DNA from: Tubulanus polymorphus
Taxonomy: Eukaryota > Animalia > Nemertea
Assembly (NCBI RefSeq): GCF_964204645.1
Contig: NC_134028.1
Location: 2,108,001-2,172,000, forward strand
Reading direction: 5' to 3'
Length of the DNA: 64,000 nucleotides
The position numbers were made by a program, and so were the translations under genes. Numbering within the stretch: the stretch's first letter is position 1; each line of letters opens with the position of its first letter. This document shows, one piece after another, positions 51,374 to 64,000 of this stretch. Below the pieces are notes generated by a model. The model worked only from the letters and a program-made list of their open reading frames with translations. It did no database searches and was not told the origin of the DNA.

Positions 51374-51584
51374 AACTCCAACCATCGAATGGTGAGGTTT
51401 ACAAGTTTAATCATCTGTTTCGTTGATATTTGTTTTTTTTACTTATGCGTCTCCTTTCTTTCTAGACTATGAGAAATGCGTTCGCTTCTTGTTTTGTTCG
51501 TGATGAATAATGTGACATCAGAAAAGACTAATATCCAACAATTTCTTCTCATGTCATAAAATTAATTGTATTTGATTCATTACT

Positions 51585-51590
51585 AATAAA
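51585..51590 (+). terminator. Polyadenylation signal of copy 1 (paralogous AATAAA at 62123-62128)
   Basis: AATAAA in the terminal UTR exon, conserved in both copies. Confidence 0.55.
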
Positions 51591-51871
51591 ACATAATTAC
51601 GCAAACAATGCAGAGTGTCTAAAATTCGTCCATGGTGCATTATATAGAGTTTACCCCCAATTCATCGATAACGATTCATCCCTTCTCCGGAATTCTTGTT
51701 GCTACTCGGAAGAATCTATTCATTGGTTCTGCAAGATCTGAGACACAACAAGAAAATTAGTAGTCCTATATATGGAACCAGACCTAGAGGTAAACGCGGT
51801 ACTAAGCTATAAGACAACTGCTTTTCATCACGGAACTGGTAGATGAACAGACTCCGATAATCTCAGGGCGC

Positions 51872-52521
51872 TAGTCCAGTATACGACATTATAGTGCGTA
51901 TGTAGAGTTAAGGCCCGGACACACTGGGCGATTTAGTCGGCCGACGAAATCGCCTCTGTCGCCAGCGACAGAATCGCCCAGTGTGTCCGGGTACGGCGAT
52001 CAGTCGCCTCGAGCACCGCATTAACCAGCCAATCACGGCTCTTCGATTTATTAAAGGTGGCGCTAGCAGCTGGTCATTTCAAAATAAGCGGCGCTGTTCG
52101 TCGATTTCGTCGGCCGACGAAATCGCCCAGTGTGTCCGGGTCTGTCGGCGATCAAATCGGTTATCAAATCGGCGGCGATTCGTCCAGTGTGTCCGCGGCT
52201 TTACACTGCGTTATTCGATCAGTGTTCACTGGAGTTGACCGTTGACAGTCGACACAAAAAACGACGAGAACAGATCGCAACCTGTCAACCCGTCAACGAG
52301 AACGAGAAGTACCTATGACAGTTTTTTTCAACCCCTTTAACTACCATTTGTGTTCATAATCTTCATTGTCTCTCATAAATCCATTGCGTATTATGAAGTT
52401 GCGGATTATTTGGATGATATTGGTATTTCCAAACACGGCCCAAGTCCAATGTACGGCATTATATTGCAACGTGTAGAGATATTTTTGGAGTAACGCACTA
52501 TGATGTCGTATACTGGATTTA
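51872..52521. mobile_element. Outer TIR element (TAGTCCAG terminus, possibly Academ-like) hosting the Harbinger MITE
   Basis: tagtccagtatacgacattatagtgcgt (51872) and acgcactatgatgtcgtatactggattta (52493-52521) are inverted repeats. Confidence 0.6.
51911..52200. mobile_element. PIF/Harbinger-type MITE, 290 bp, TTA TSD
   Basis: tta|aggcccggacacactg...cagtgtgtccgcggct|tta, with internal reiterations of the TIR motif and palindromic gtcggccgac. Confidence 0.85.
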
Positions 52522-53789
52522 GCGACGGTATTGGAAACATTTATTGTGATTCTGTATCATTATGTTGCACTTTTTTTGCCAACCTTTTTGCAAAATTCTG
52601 TTTTAATCTGGAATATTTACATTTCCGTCATTTCTGTAAATAAATTACCTCTTATCAAAGAATCGCACAATCTTCTTAATTTTGCTGCAAATTTAATTCG
52701 GCGTTTTATTCTCACGAAGCAAGAGGTATCATAATATCATGTTTTTCTATCACCGGTTTGCCTATGACTATAACGACTACTTGAATATACAATATCAATT
52801 GTATTCCACTAAAATGAATTCAATCATAACATCTCGTCAATTTCTCTTTCAACAATCTACAAATTTATTAAACTTATCTATTCGTTGAGGGTCCAGTGTT
52901 CCATTAAATGAAACAAGAATCAATACGTTCTCATGGAAAAACGCCGATTTTACTTGATATCCAAATAAAAATTTTGGAATCGCGTACATACATTTAGAAT
53001 ATCACATTCGCCACGGACGTTTACAGTACAGATAGTAAAGAAAGCATTCAAATAATCATATGAAACTAATTAGTACAAATATCATCAATCATTTGCTGCC
53101 CAGTGTGCCTCTCATTCGCGTCATTTTTCATAGAAAATGCGTAATTTAGTAAATCGTGTATTGCTCCAGCTTGCTGGGCGTCATTATCTTGAACTGGAGG
53201 CATAGAGGAAGACTCAACAGATCGCCTATCTTGGTCATAATAATACGAAATAAAATTAAGTTGTGACTAACTGCTGATCCACTACCAGAATAAAATTACC
53301 AGAGTTTATGTGGTGTTATTTAATTATGGGGCAACATAGAGACGTGTTTGTTTGTTATATAATTACTTTGTTTATGTAATCGTAATTAATATCTGTCTGA
53401 CAGTTCTGACCGCGTCACAGTTTCTACGTCCTGGTATGTCTGAGACCAAGGGTAGAATATGGGGTGAGTTTAATTTAAAAAAAGATTTGTTTAGGATAGA
53501 AAGTCTGGGTCGAAGTTAGGCTCGACAGTCGGATTCGGAGCTCCTTTTGCTTCGTGAAATCTACGGGCCGAATATTGAGTCGGTGCTCGAATCAATAAAT
53601 ACAGATCGTCTGTCAATCGTGGAGTCACTATTTACTATATTCTGGATATTTCGATGAAGTTATCGGAACAACGCATGGGACGTGTAAGAAAGCGAAGCCG
53701 ACCTACCTGCTCTTCTCTTTCAATTGCTCTATTTCAACGCTTTCGATAGAACATAAAGTCTAAAAGCTGAATTATGAAAGAAACACGTA

Positions 53790-54196
53790 CAGTCGAACCT
53801 CGCTAGTACGATGCCAGTGGGAAATAAAAAGTCATCGTAGTAACCGAATTTCGTATTAACCATTCAATAAAAACAATTCCATATTACCTCAACATACTAA
53901 CAAACAACCTTTAAGGAAATTTATTGCACGTGTGGTCAGCGCCACCACGCAATAGATAGCTTAGACGACACATCAATAATGCGGATGAGTTCAACTTTAA
54001 AAAAAAAGTGGTAACTCATTATGGACCATCACACTAAGCGTGTTTATTTACTATAGAAATGAATAGGAGATCGTAGATTTTATATCGTATTAACGTGATC
54101 GGACATATTTTCATAGGTAAAGCCGGGAACTCTTAAATTTCTCGTATTACTGAGGTTTTCGTTGTAAGCCGAATCCGTACAAACGAGGTTCGACTG
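53790..54196. mobile_element. Tc1/mariner (pogo/Tigger-type) MITE with TA TSD
   Basis: ta|cagtcgaacctcg...cgaggttcgactg|ta. Absent at the paralogous site in unit 1 (~43835). Confidence 0.88.
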
Positions 54197-55011
54197 TACC
54201 ACTTTACGTAATGCGTATTTTCAGTATCGTTAAAATGTGCTAAAGGCTGAGTAATTGGTAGGCTACTCGACTAATTAGCGATATATAGCGATATCAATAC
54301 GAAGATTTTGTATGATATTCCATCCTATCACCGACACTACTATAACGTAAGGAGATTCAATAAGACGAATCGGATCAATAAATACAGATCGTCTATCAAT
54401 CATGGAGGCACTATTTACTATATTCTGGATATTTGGGTGAAGTTATCGGAACGACGGATCGACGTATAAGAGAGCGAAGCCGACCTACCTGCTCTTCTCT
54501 TTAAATTGCTCTATTTCAATTACTTTCAATTGAGCATCATATCTAAAAAAATGAATTACGAAAGAAACGTAAAGGGGAGCTATGCACTAAATGTGCTAAA
54601 GGCTGAGTAATTAGTAGGCTACTCGATTAGCTATATATAGCGATATTAATACGAAGATTTATTATATGATATTACATCCTATCACCGACACTACTATAAC
54701 GTAAGGAGATTCAAAACCAGCCCAGTAATCGTTTTGCATTCAACAAAATTCGATTAACCCCTTCATTAATTGTTAAAACAACAGCAAGAACCTTCATTTA
54801 CACAACTATCCAGCCAAAGAAGATTGTGGATTCGATTCGTATCGATTTGGCTGTTTAAGTTGATTCCTTAATCGATGGCTCTTAACGCGTATATGAGAGA
54901 AGTAATAATATAGAAATAATAATATCATATAAGTGGTGAAATAGTTATTTGAAAACTCTCCAGATTATCATTAATATGACAGGTGTTAAACCAAAACCAC
55001 ATCGAATATTA

Positions 55012-55074
55012 TATATAAACAGGCTTTGAGAGATGTAAAATCGTCTCATTCTTTCAACGTGAACGATTTGAAAA
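55012..55074 (+). promoter_or_regulatory. TATA box, Inr-like motif and non-coding first exon of copy 2
   Basis: TATATAAA at 55012, TCATTC near 55046, donor AAA|GTAAGT at 55074/5. Confidence 0.55.
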
Positions 55075-55444
55075 GTAAGTTCAAACAATTATCATTTTTC
55101 ATCTTAGGTATCTCACGTTCGATCTTATCACTCGAATTGGAAATGATAACGGCGGTAGTATTAGATTTTCACTCCTACCTTCCTGGTTACGAGGCATGTA
55201 TCACTCAAACGTACCGGTATAGAACAGAAATCAAGAACTCTGGTTTTTTTTAAGAAGAAAGCCTTACTTTTTCGATGAACCGAATGCAAAATAAATACAA
55301 GTAGATTTAAGTGCACTATATATGTATCTAGTAAACTCAGCTATACGGCTAACAAACTATCTTATTTTATAGAATACTCACCAATATTCTCACTCATGAA
55401 ACTGAAAGTTATACACTGAAATAGGATCAATTTTCTTTATAGAA

Positions 55445-58400
55445 ATGATGTGGAAATTCCTTTGTTCTGTTGTTTTTGCCTTTTGCTGTGTTGAACTGAT
55501 TTCATCACAAAACCCAACAAGTAACGTATCTTTATGTGAAACATTTCAAGTACATATAGAATATTTGATAATGAAATACAAAAGATTGAACTTTTTCTTT
55601 CACAAATCTTGATAACATTTCTTTGTCAGCATGTAAGAACACTGATGAAGGGACAGCATACCAGGGCACGAAGTCTACGACCTTTTCTGGCAGAACTTGT
55701 GACTTTTGGTCAAACCATCCCGGTTCTTACTCGTTCCCAGCGGGTGAAACGGCGACGAGTGCTCGAAACTACTGTCGTAATCCCGGAGCAGTTCAGGATA
55801 CCAGAAAAGTAGTCGGAAAGTACACCAATCCCATGCGAGCGGGACCTTGGTGTTATACAACTGATGCGTATGTGTGGGATTATTGTGACATCCCAAAATG
55901 CGGTGAAGCTCCTCGAGATCCTGGTGAGTAAATGTATTAATACAAAAATACATTCGTATTTTGGGAGCGACTAAAATTTCGCCTAAAAAGAATGCAACTA
56001 ACACAATGATATTCTACAGGTGTTAACTGTCACATATACCTCGCCCCGTACAAGACCTACACATATAATGGATCGCTTAGTGTCGCCAACACCGGTCAGA
56101 AATGTGTCTATGCTCCTAGGCTGGAAGCATTTCGACCAGCTATGGGGTATGTATCAGTATGCACTGATTTCTCATGATATCATAAATCTGAATTGGCCTG
56201 AAGTTTTATACTTGTCCTGTCTTGTAGGAGAGCAATAAAGACGGAAATCAAACGAGGCGATCGATGTTACTTCTACAAAAGCCAGAGGCAGAGGATGATG
56301 GGATGCTGGGTTTATGAAGGAGATACCGCAACCGATGTAGTCGCGTTTAAATTTAGACCTTGCACATTTCCAGTTAGTTGTCGTAAGTTCGATGGTTACT
56401 AGCCTATCGATCAGAGGCATATAACACGATTAGGTTCAACGCTTAATATTTACTTGCAAGAAAAAAACATGGAATACGCGAATTGATATACGATTTCCGA
56501 TATCCTCTGTCGCTATGAGGTTGCGTATGGAAATCTTCGAATATCTTTGATTTTAACGGAATGAATTAAATCTAGAAAAGCTACTACCGGTTAATATACT
56601 GGGACCGGTTTTATAGACTGGTATCAACTTCAACCCGGGGGCTAACTTAATTCATTGTCAATCGAGTTAACCGTCGGGTTAAAGATAATTCCAGTCTATA
56701 AAACCGGGCCCAGAATTTTACTATCTCCATTATTTCAGGTAAATACGTCCCTCCAACTCCAACACCTCGACCAAATCCTGGAGGAGGTAACATTGGCTCT
56801 ATTTTTTATTTTATCTACTTGATATATTTCAATATTGAATAGATTTATGAATGTGCATATTGAGGTGCATATTTCCCATCCAAACATATTTCCCTATGCT
56901 CAAGCGCATCTGTGTCATTGCATAACAGATTGCTGTTAATTTTCATTTAGAAGATTCATCATAAAATGCCTGACACCGTTTATTTTACCTCTTAGGCGAT
57001 CCATATATTCTTACTATTCAATTGATTTAATCCAATTTCAGGTACTGGATGCCAACCCGCTTGCTCGGATCGTCAAAGCTGCGTCAATAATATTTGTCAG
57101 TGCAAAACAGGATTAGTAACCAGTGGAACGACGTGTTTATGTCCCTCGGTAAATCTTTACTGGGACACAACTACGTTAACTTGCCAGCGTAAGTGCAACA
57201 AACTCATAATGTCCATCTGCTTGAAATTTTACCACATTCACCGCATAGAAATTAATTTGCCATTGATTAAACATCAGAATAATTTCATGTTGCATCAATT
57301 ATTTCTACGTTTAAAGCTGCGTGTCAAGGTCGTTGCAAAGATAGGGAGATATGCGTGAATGGAAATACTTGTGAGTGTGTAACTGGATTCAATAGATCTC
57401 CAAGCGGAATCTGTGAACGTGAGTTCATACGAAGATACTGTTTCAAATTCAACTGCATCGAAATGTCACATAAACCTCTTAAATAACGCAATAAGATTAT
57501 TGTTGTTTTTCATTTTACAGCTCCTCCTACAACATGTCAGAAAATATGTAGAGCGTATGGCGATCCGCATTTCCTATCATTCGATGGGTTGCGTTTCAGT
57601 TTTCATGGCTCTTGCACATATATACTAGCAGAATACAATGTACCAGGATCAACCTGTCGGTTCAGAATCTCATTGAGAAGTGTTAGAGCTACACCGAGTG
57701 CTGCTGTTACCTTTTCAACCGTTCTCATGTTTGAATCGCTCACACCAGGACAAACATTTTCGACTCGATTCAACCGAATTTCTAAGGAATTAATGGTAAG
57801 CTTCTGTTATCGCCGATTTTATCATTATCTTTTGATGGCAAAATCTGAGAAGTGAATCTCGTTTAATTGGATGGCTTAATGAAGACGTCTGCTAAAATAT
57901 TAATCGATTTAGTTATTGTTGAACTATTGAATGCTATTACTGAAAGGAAGTATGTATTACGATTCTATTTGATTATACTGTGGCTTATTGCAAAATCGAT
58001 AGCACATGTGATTTCGGATTCGACACATATTTTCACTCATTTTCAGATCAATAATAAATTGTCTTCAAGTCCATATGTTGGATTACCCGGTGATTACCAG
58101 GTTGGTTATGAATTGGGAATGTTTTTTGTGAGAAGTGCTCAATGCAGTATTGATGTCACACTCAGATATTATTCACTGATCATACAGCTCGGAAAAGCAA
58201 CTGTAAATACCTACGCAGGTATTACATTACGAATGTTCCTTATTCTAGACACTAGAAAATCGTTCCACAGTTCTGACTATATTTCATTTTGAACCTCTCA
58301 AAGTGAACGGAACTTTAAATCATTCTGTGTCCTTTAAAGTAACATGTCAGTGGGATAATGGAAAGTAATCATTTTCAATCCGTACACTTAGGTAATCTGA

Positions 58401-61400
58401 TTGGTCTATGCGGTAACTGTGACGGAAATAAAACTAACGACCTCGATAATTGTTCACAAGGCACGAAGACGATCGGTTCTATAGGAAGAACGACATTAAG
58501 GGATTCCTGTTTAGCGAGCGATGCAGAATTATCATTAAGGCGCAGGTATTGTGAACGAGTGATTATCATAAAGATAATGGCACATTAAAGCACTCCATAT
58601 AAATTTGTAAATAAGTAATTAAATTTTTTGCTATATTCCAACTCATACATTTCAGTTGCGTAAAACCGACACCTCCAGTTACCTGCGAAAAAAGTATCCT
58701 TGATGCATTGGGATCGGACAAACAAAAATGCGCTCTGTTGAAGTATGTTCTAACCAAATATATTTTTCTTGTTCTACACATTATATAGCAAGTGATTTGA
58801 AAATAATTCTGTTAATTTAAGGTTATCACCGGGCCCATTCGCCCAGTGTTTGGCTAGTGGCGTGGTGGACGTTGCGCCATTTTTCGAATCATGTAAAGCC
58901 GACGCGTGTTACACACAAGCAGATATAAACAAACAACAAGAAATAATTTGCGCGAGTCTTAGCACATTTGAGGTGAAATGTAGAAAGGCTGGGTTTACAA
59001 CTGATGTTTGGAGATCAGCAACTTTCTGTCGTTAGTATCCAACATAAATGTACATGTGTTATGATTTATGTAAAAATACATGCGATAAGACCGTCCTTCT
59101 ACAACAAACATGATAGATAGAAATCATATTTCCCTAGGACCAACTTTTTCAATATTTGTTATTTCTGTTACAGCACCACCTGTATGCCCACAAAATTCAC
59201 ATTACGACCATAATGCTGTTACCCCTCGACCAACATGCACACAACCGTTCCAATACCATGCAGCAAACGCCGTCAAATTACCATCGTGTATTTGCGACGA
59301 TGGGTACATGCTTTCTGGACAAATATGTATTCTCAAATCAAAATGTGGTATGTATCAATTTCAAAAAGGGACAAAAATATATATTGTTTCTATACTTACA
59401 GATTCTTTTATATAAACGTCAATAATTACTTAATTCAACATTACAGATGTATGTGCGAAGTCTCAGTGTAAAAATGGTGGAATTTGTGAACCACAGAACA
59501 GTGGTTACAGATGTATCTGTCAAAAAGACTATACAGGACAGTACTGTGAAAACGGTAAGGTTATCAGTCTGATTTTATTATTAGTGCAATTAGTTCATAT
59601 AGACGAAACGTGGTTAAGAATTTTCATTTTAGATTTTCTAATAAAATATGGTAAAAATTTGATTTTCTTTATGAACTGTTTTCAATTTCTAAGAAAAAGG
59701 AAATTGAAACCATGATACGTTTTTTCACAGGTCCTGGTAATTTGTGTGATCCAAATCCATGCAATGGTGGGGTGTGCCAGATTGATCCATATGGTGAAGT
59801 AGTTTGCCAATGTCCAGAGTCCCTTACTGGAGAAAGATGTACGATGCCAGTACCTGTTGGTAAGTAATGAAATAGCACTTGCCCACTTTTAGAATAACTA
59901 AGAAAATCATCATACAGGTTTTATTCTTTAGATCCCTGTTCGCCAAACCCTTGTAAAAATGGTTTGTGCACAATCCTGCTGGTAAATGGCGTTCCGAACA
60001 CATACATTTGCAGCTGCGATCCGGATTATACTGGGGATCAATGTCAATGCGGCCCTAATGAAACCTACAACGCAAACACTGGTACATGTGTCAGTAAGTA
60101 TACCAGTATCTGAAAAAGGAAATTGAAAATTTTCATCCATACAAATTTATTTGTGCACTAACTTAGTAGCGTTTATTAGCCATTGCATAATAGATTGCTG
60201 TTTATTTGATTCAGGAGTATTATCATAAAATGCTTGACACCGTTTGTTCAATATTTAAGGTAATCCATGCTCGACAAACCCATGTGGCTCCAATGGACAA
60301 TGTGTTCAATCTGGAGCAGGTTACACTTGTAACTGTAATGCTGGTTTTACCGGTGATCAATGTCAATGTGGCCCTAATACACCTTACAATGCTAACACCC
60401 GTACATGTGTCAGTAAGTATACCGATATCTGAATAAAGTAATTGATAAGAAAAAAGAAATATCAGGAATGGCCACAACATCATGGCTATCGCTGATAATT
60501 GCACTAAGATTTAACATGAAATGTCTGAAATCATTTGTTTTACATTTTAGGTAATCCATGCTCTTCAAACCCATGTGGTACCAATGGACAATGTGTTCAA
60601 TCTGCAGCAGGTTACACTTGTAACTGTAATGCGGGTTTTACTGGTGATCAATGTCAATGTGGCCCTAATACACCTTACAACGCAAACACTCGTACATGTG
60701 TCAGTAAGTATACCAGTATCTGAATGAAATAATTGATGAGAAAATATTCCATGCACACATATTTTCCTGTTAATACCGCTAACAAGCCATTACATAACAG
60801 ATTGATGTTAATTTGATTCAGAAGATTCATCATAAAATGCTTGACACCGTTTGTTCAATATTTTAGGTAATCCATGCTCAGCAAACCCATGTGGCTCCAA
60901 TGGACAATGTGTTCAATCTGGAGCAGGTTACACTTGTAACTGTAATGCTGGTTTTACTGGTGATCAATGTCAATGTGGCCCTAACACACCTTACAATGCT
61001 AACACTCGTGCATGTGTCAGTAAGTATACCAGTATCTGAACAAAATAATTGATAAGAAAAAAAATTATCAGGAATGGCCACAACATCATGGCTATCGCTG
61101 TTAATTTCACAAAGATTTGATATGAAATGTCTGAAATTGTTTGTTTTACTTTTTAGGTAATCCATGCTCGGCTAACCCATGTGGTACCAATGGACAATGT
61201 GTTCAATCTGGAGCAGGTTATACTTGTAACTGTAATGCGGGTTTTACCGGTGATCAATGTCAATGTGGCCCTAATGAACCTTACGACGCTAACACTCGCG
61301 CATGCAAATCAGGTGAATCATTTTCTGTCCGACAAATATTCATATGTTAAACATTTGCAAAATAAGAAATATTTTCCTAACCTCATTGAGTTCTTACAGT

Positions 61401-61912
61401 TTGTAACAGCTGCACAGATCGTCAAGTGCTCGATGCTAGTGGAATTTGTCAATGTGTATCAGGAACAACATGGAACGGATCGCAGTGCGTCTGTGATTCC
61501 AATCGCCTCTGGGACCCCGTAACGAAAAAATGCTTTGGTAAAATTTGATCTATATTTGAAATGATTCTTGGCAGCATTTAAAACCCTACCAAAACCGCAA
61601 TACCTTCTAATTAGCTATGCCTATCAGAACTTTAGATGATACTGTTAATCATTGGCTATTACTAACGAAGATATTTCTTCTTTTTAGCGCATGTTGCTAG
61701 TGCAGGTAATTCTTAAGAAATCCATTTCAAAATTATGATTTGGTCGAAATAATCTAATAAATGCAAATTGTTTTCATTGTGAAATATCAATCCTTTCAGG
61801 ATGGTGCAGGCTATTCTTTACGAATCCATGTAGCCCAGGATTATGCGTTTCCAATGGTCGAGGATATTACTGCATTTGTCCCAATGGGCACACTATCACT
61901 GGATGCCGGTAG
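55445..61912 (+). CDS. Secreted mosaic protein, copy 2 (tandem paralogue, ~1100 aa, 23 coding exons, one extra EGF exon)
   Basis: Exons 55445-55520, 55630-55923, 56020-56146, 56228-56382, 56739-56786, 57042-57188, 57317-57418, 57521-57795, 58047-58218, 58392-58545, 58656-58742, 58822-59030, 59174-59347, 59447-59554, 59731-59859, 59932-60093, 60260-60412, 60551-60703, 60867-61019, 61157-61312, 61400-61537, 61688-61705, 61800-61912 (TAG). Frame intact. Confidence 0.88.
56602..56710. mobile_element. Short Harbinger-type MITE (CWG flanks) in a copy-2 intron
   Basis: ctg|ggaccggttttatagactgg...ccagtctataaaaccgggcc|cag. Absent from the copy-1 intron. Confidence 0.75.
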
Positions 61913-62659
61913 AACTCCGAACATCGAATGGTGAGGTTTACAAGTTTAATCATCTGTTTCGTTAATATTTGTTTTTTTACTTATGCGTCTCCTTTCTGTC
62001 TAGACTATGAGAAATGCGTTCGCTTCTTGTTTAGTTCGTGATGAATAATGTGACATCAGAAAAGACCGATATCCAACAATTTCTTCCCATGTCATGAAAT
62101 TAATTGTATCTGATTCATTACTAATAAAACATAATTACGCAAACAATGCAGAGTGTCTAAAATTCGTCCATGGTGCATTATATAGAGTTTACCCCCAATT
62201 CATCGATAACGATTCATCCCTTCTCCGGAATTCGTGTTACTCGGAAGAATGTATTTATTTGTTCTGCAAGATCTGAGACACAATAAGAAAATTAGTAGTC
62301 CTATATATGGAACCAGACCTAGAGGTAAACGCGGTACTAAGCTATAAGACAACTGCTTTTCATCACGGAACTGGTAGATGAACAGACTCCGATAAAGCAC
62401 ATGGCTGTTTAATGCGGAATTGACAGCGAGCTAGTTGCAGAGACGATGGAATGCAAAATGATACGGATTCTACGCTGAGTTGCGGGTAAATTCTACACAA
62501 AAACCGCAATAACAAAATTCTTAAACTTAACATAGTATCTGAATACGATAGCCGGAAAAGTTGGAGTCCCAGCAGTATTGTGGCTCAAGCCGACTTGCAA
62601 TCATGTACAAATACGTGCTTCCCGATATATCAACGTTCTGTTATTGTGATTTGTTACTC

Positions 62660-62880
62660 GAGCCTCACCTCGACGTCTTTGGGTTAGGGGTAGAGCCTTC
62701 GTACGTTCCTCCGTCCGTTCGGTCGTGCGTCTGTCACCTTTTTTTCCCACTAATTGCTATTAGTCCTACAGTTTTAATCAAATCAATTCCTAGTATGGTA
62801 TGAATATTCTATGGACCGATACCTACAAAGAACACAGCCGATTTTGGATTATGACCACGAGGGGGAGCCCCTCTTCAAAT
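62660..62880 (+). mobile_element. Possible Helentron/DINE-1-like (HINE) non-autonomous element
   Basis: ttgttactcg start, ccgtccgttcggtcgtgcgtctgtc microsatellite-like core, then atcaaatcaattc..tggtatg and gattttgg. A similar relic lies at 32230-32340. Confidence 0.35.
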
Positions 62881-64000
62881 CACACAGCGGAGCTATATTA
62901 GCCGATATTAGCAATCGTAGCAATACTTTTCTAACATCGTTCCACAACAAAAATTAGACATTTTACAAGTCTTTTGCGGATGTCATACGTTTTTTTGCTA
63001 CAGTAGGCAGTACAGTATTGCGTTCCTGTATAGTCGGCATACAGACGGACAGCATACTGTTATACATACGATTAGCGATAGTTACTTCTAATTTCATTTG
63101 TTTCGAGAAAAATGAGAAATAGATCCGTTGATAAGAGTTGATGAATAGATTTAATATTTGAATATTTTTGAAATTGATATCAATAGTGGATATTCGTGTA
63201 TTGATTTATTGCTTCACTGAGGTGGTACTTGTCTTTTATCACTCGAAAATCTTCCGCTTGCCACACGTCACCAGCTCGAATCAATACGTTTATTGAATAC
63301 TATAGACATTTTCAACAAGCCCGATATTAAATTATATCCTCGTTTATAGCGGGATCGATAGATTTCACCGAAATGTTCGAGTATGTCCAACATGTATCGT
63401 ACGTTAAGTCGTGAAACGTGACGGTTACTGCTGAAAGTGAAAACTTTCAGAACTCATATACAACATTTCTTCTTATTCTTATTCAATTTTGATCTTAATC
63501 AAATTTATATATTTAATTCACTTTGTCTCATTCCAGTATTACGTGGTTTTTTTATTCAATTGATGAATCTTTTTGGGACATCGTTGAATGTGACTTTTCG
63601 TCATGAATTGAGGCAAACTATTAGTAAAAAATCACAAATCATGTAAATTATGTTATATAAATGTTTGACATAAGATAATAAAAAGTGCAATTCTTTATCT
63701 TATATCAACGGCATTCTGTTGATAGATTCGATGAAGTCCGGTCAATAAGATTTGCGTCGTACAATTACAGAAAACGATGCATTATTCTATGTATTACTAG
63801 AATGGAAATTAATCATGTTTCATATAATTCATCGAATATACTGATGTTACCGAAGTAGAAATGGTCGACAAGAGAGTGAAAACCTAAAGAATATCAGTAA
63901 CAAGTTACATTTCAACTTCTAACCACATTTTCTGGAATATGTGGCTGAAGGCCTATAAGTGTGAAAAATAAACTGGTTTCGGGAAATTCAAACTCCAAGA

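Larger units (their letters stand above)
43090..51860 (+). repeat. Tandem segmental duplication unit 1 (paralogous to ~52740-62394)
   Basis: Shared sequence starts at ttttctatcaccggtttgc (~43096 and ~52743) and ends at gaacagactccgataa (51860 and 62394). Confidence 0.92.
52740..62394 (+). repeat. Tandem segmental duplication unit 2
   Basis: Colinear with 43090-51860, including promoter, introns and 3' flank. Confidence 0.92.

Noticed and set aside
55445-61912. Copy 2 as a pseudogene
   Set aside because: All exons keep frame and splice sites, indels are multiples of 3, and I found no premature stop.

Overview
Eukaryotic (animal) genomic DNA with GT-AG spliced genes. It is AT-rich, with CpG not visibly depleted; an invertebrate, possibly lophotrochozoan, origin is an inference. 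(1) 1-25.8 kb has no recognisable coding exon and is probably intronic sequence upstream of gene 1. It holds MITEs, a 15x40-bp minisatellite, decayed CR1/L2-like LINE scraps and a perfect hairpin. (2) 25.8-40.9 kb (+) holds 20 exons of a receptor guanylyl cyclase (Gyc32E/Gyc76C-like: extracellular domain, TM, pseudokinase, dimerisation helix, cyclase, long C-tail). Its 5' exons were not found in the window. (3) 43-62.4 kb (+) is a ~9-10 kb tandem duplication carrying two intact copies of a secreted mosaic gene: signal peptide, kringle, atypical RGD-bearing kringle, Cys-rich/EGF, VWD, C8, reduced TIL, expandable EGF exon array. The paralogues are nearly identical except for strongly divergent kringle exons and a different EGF repeat number, which suggests a diversifying recognition or adhesion protein. 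Copy-specific insertions include Penelope-like fragments with hammerhead-ribozyme cores, and Harbinger- and Tigger-type MITEs. All exon coordinates were read by eye; summed exon lengths are divisible by 3 for all three genes.
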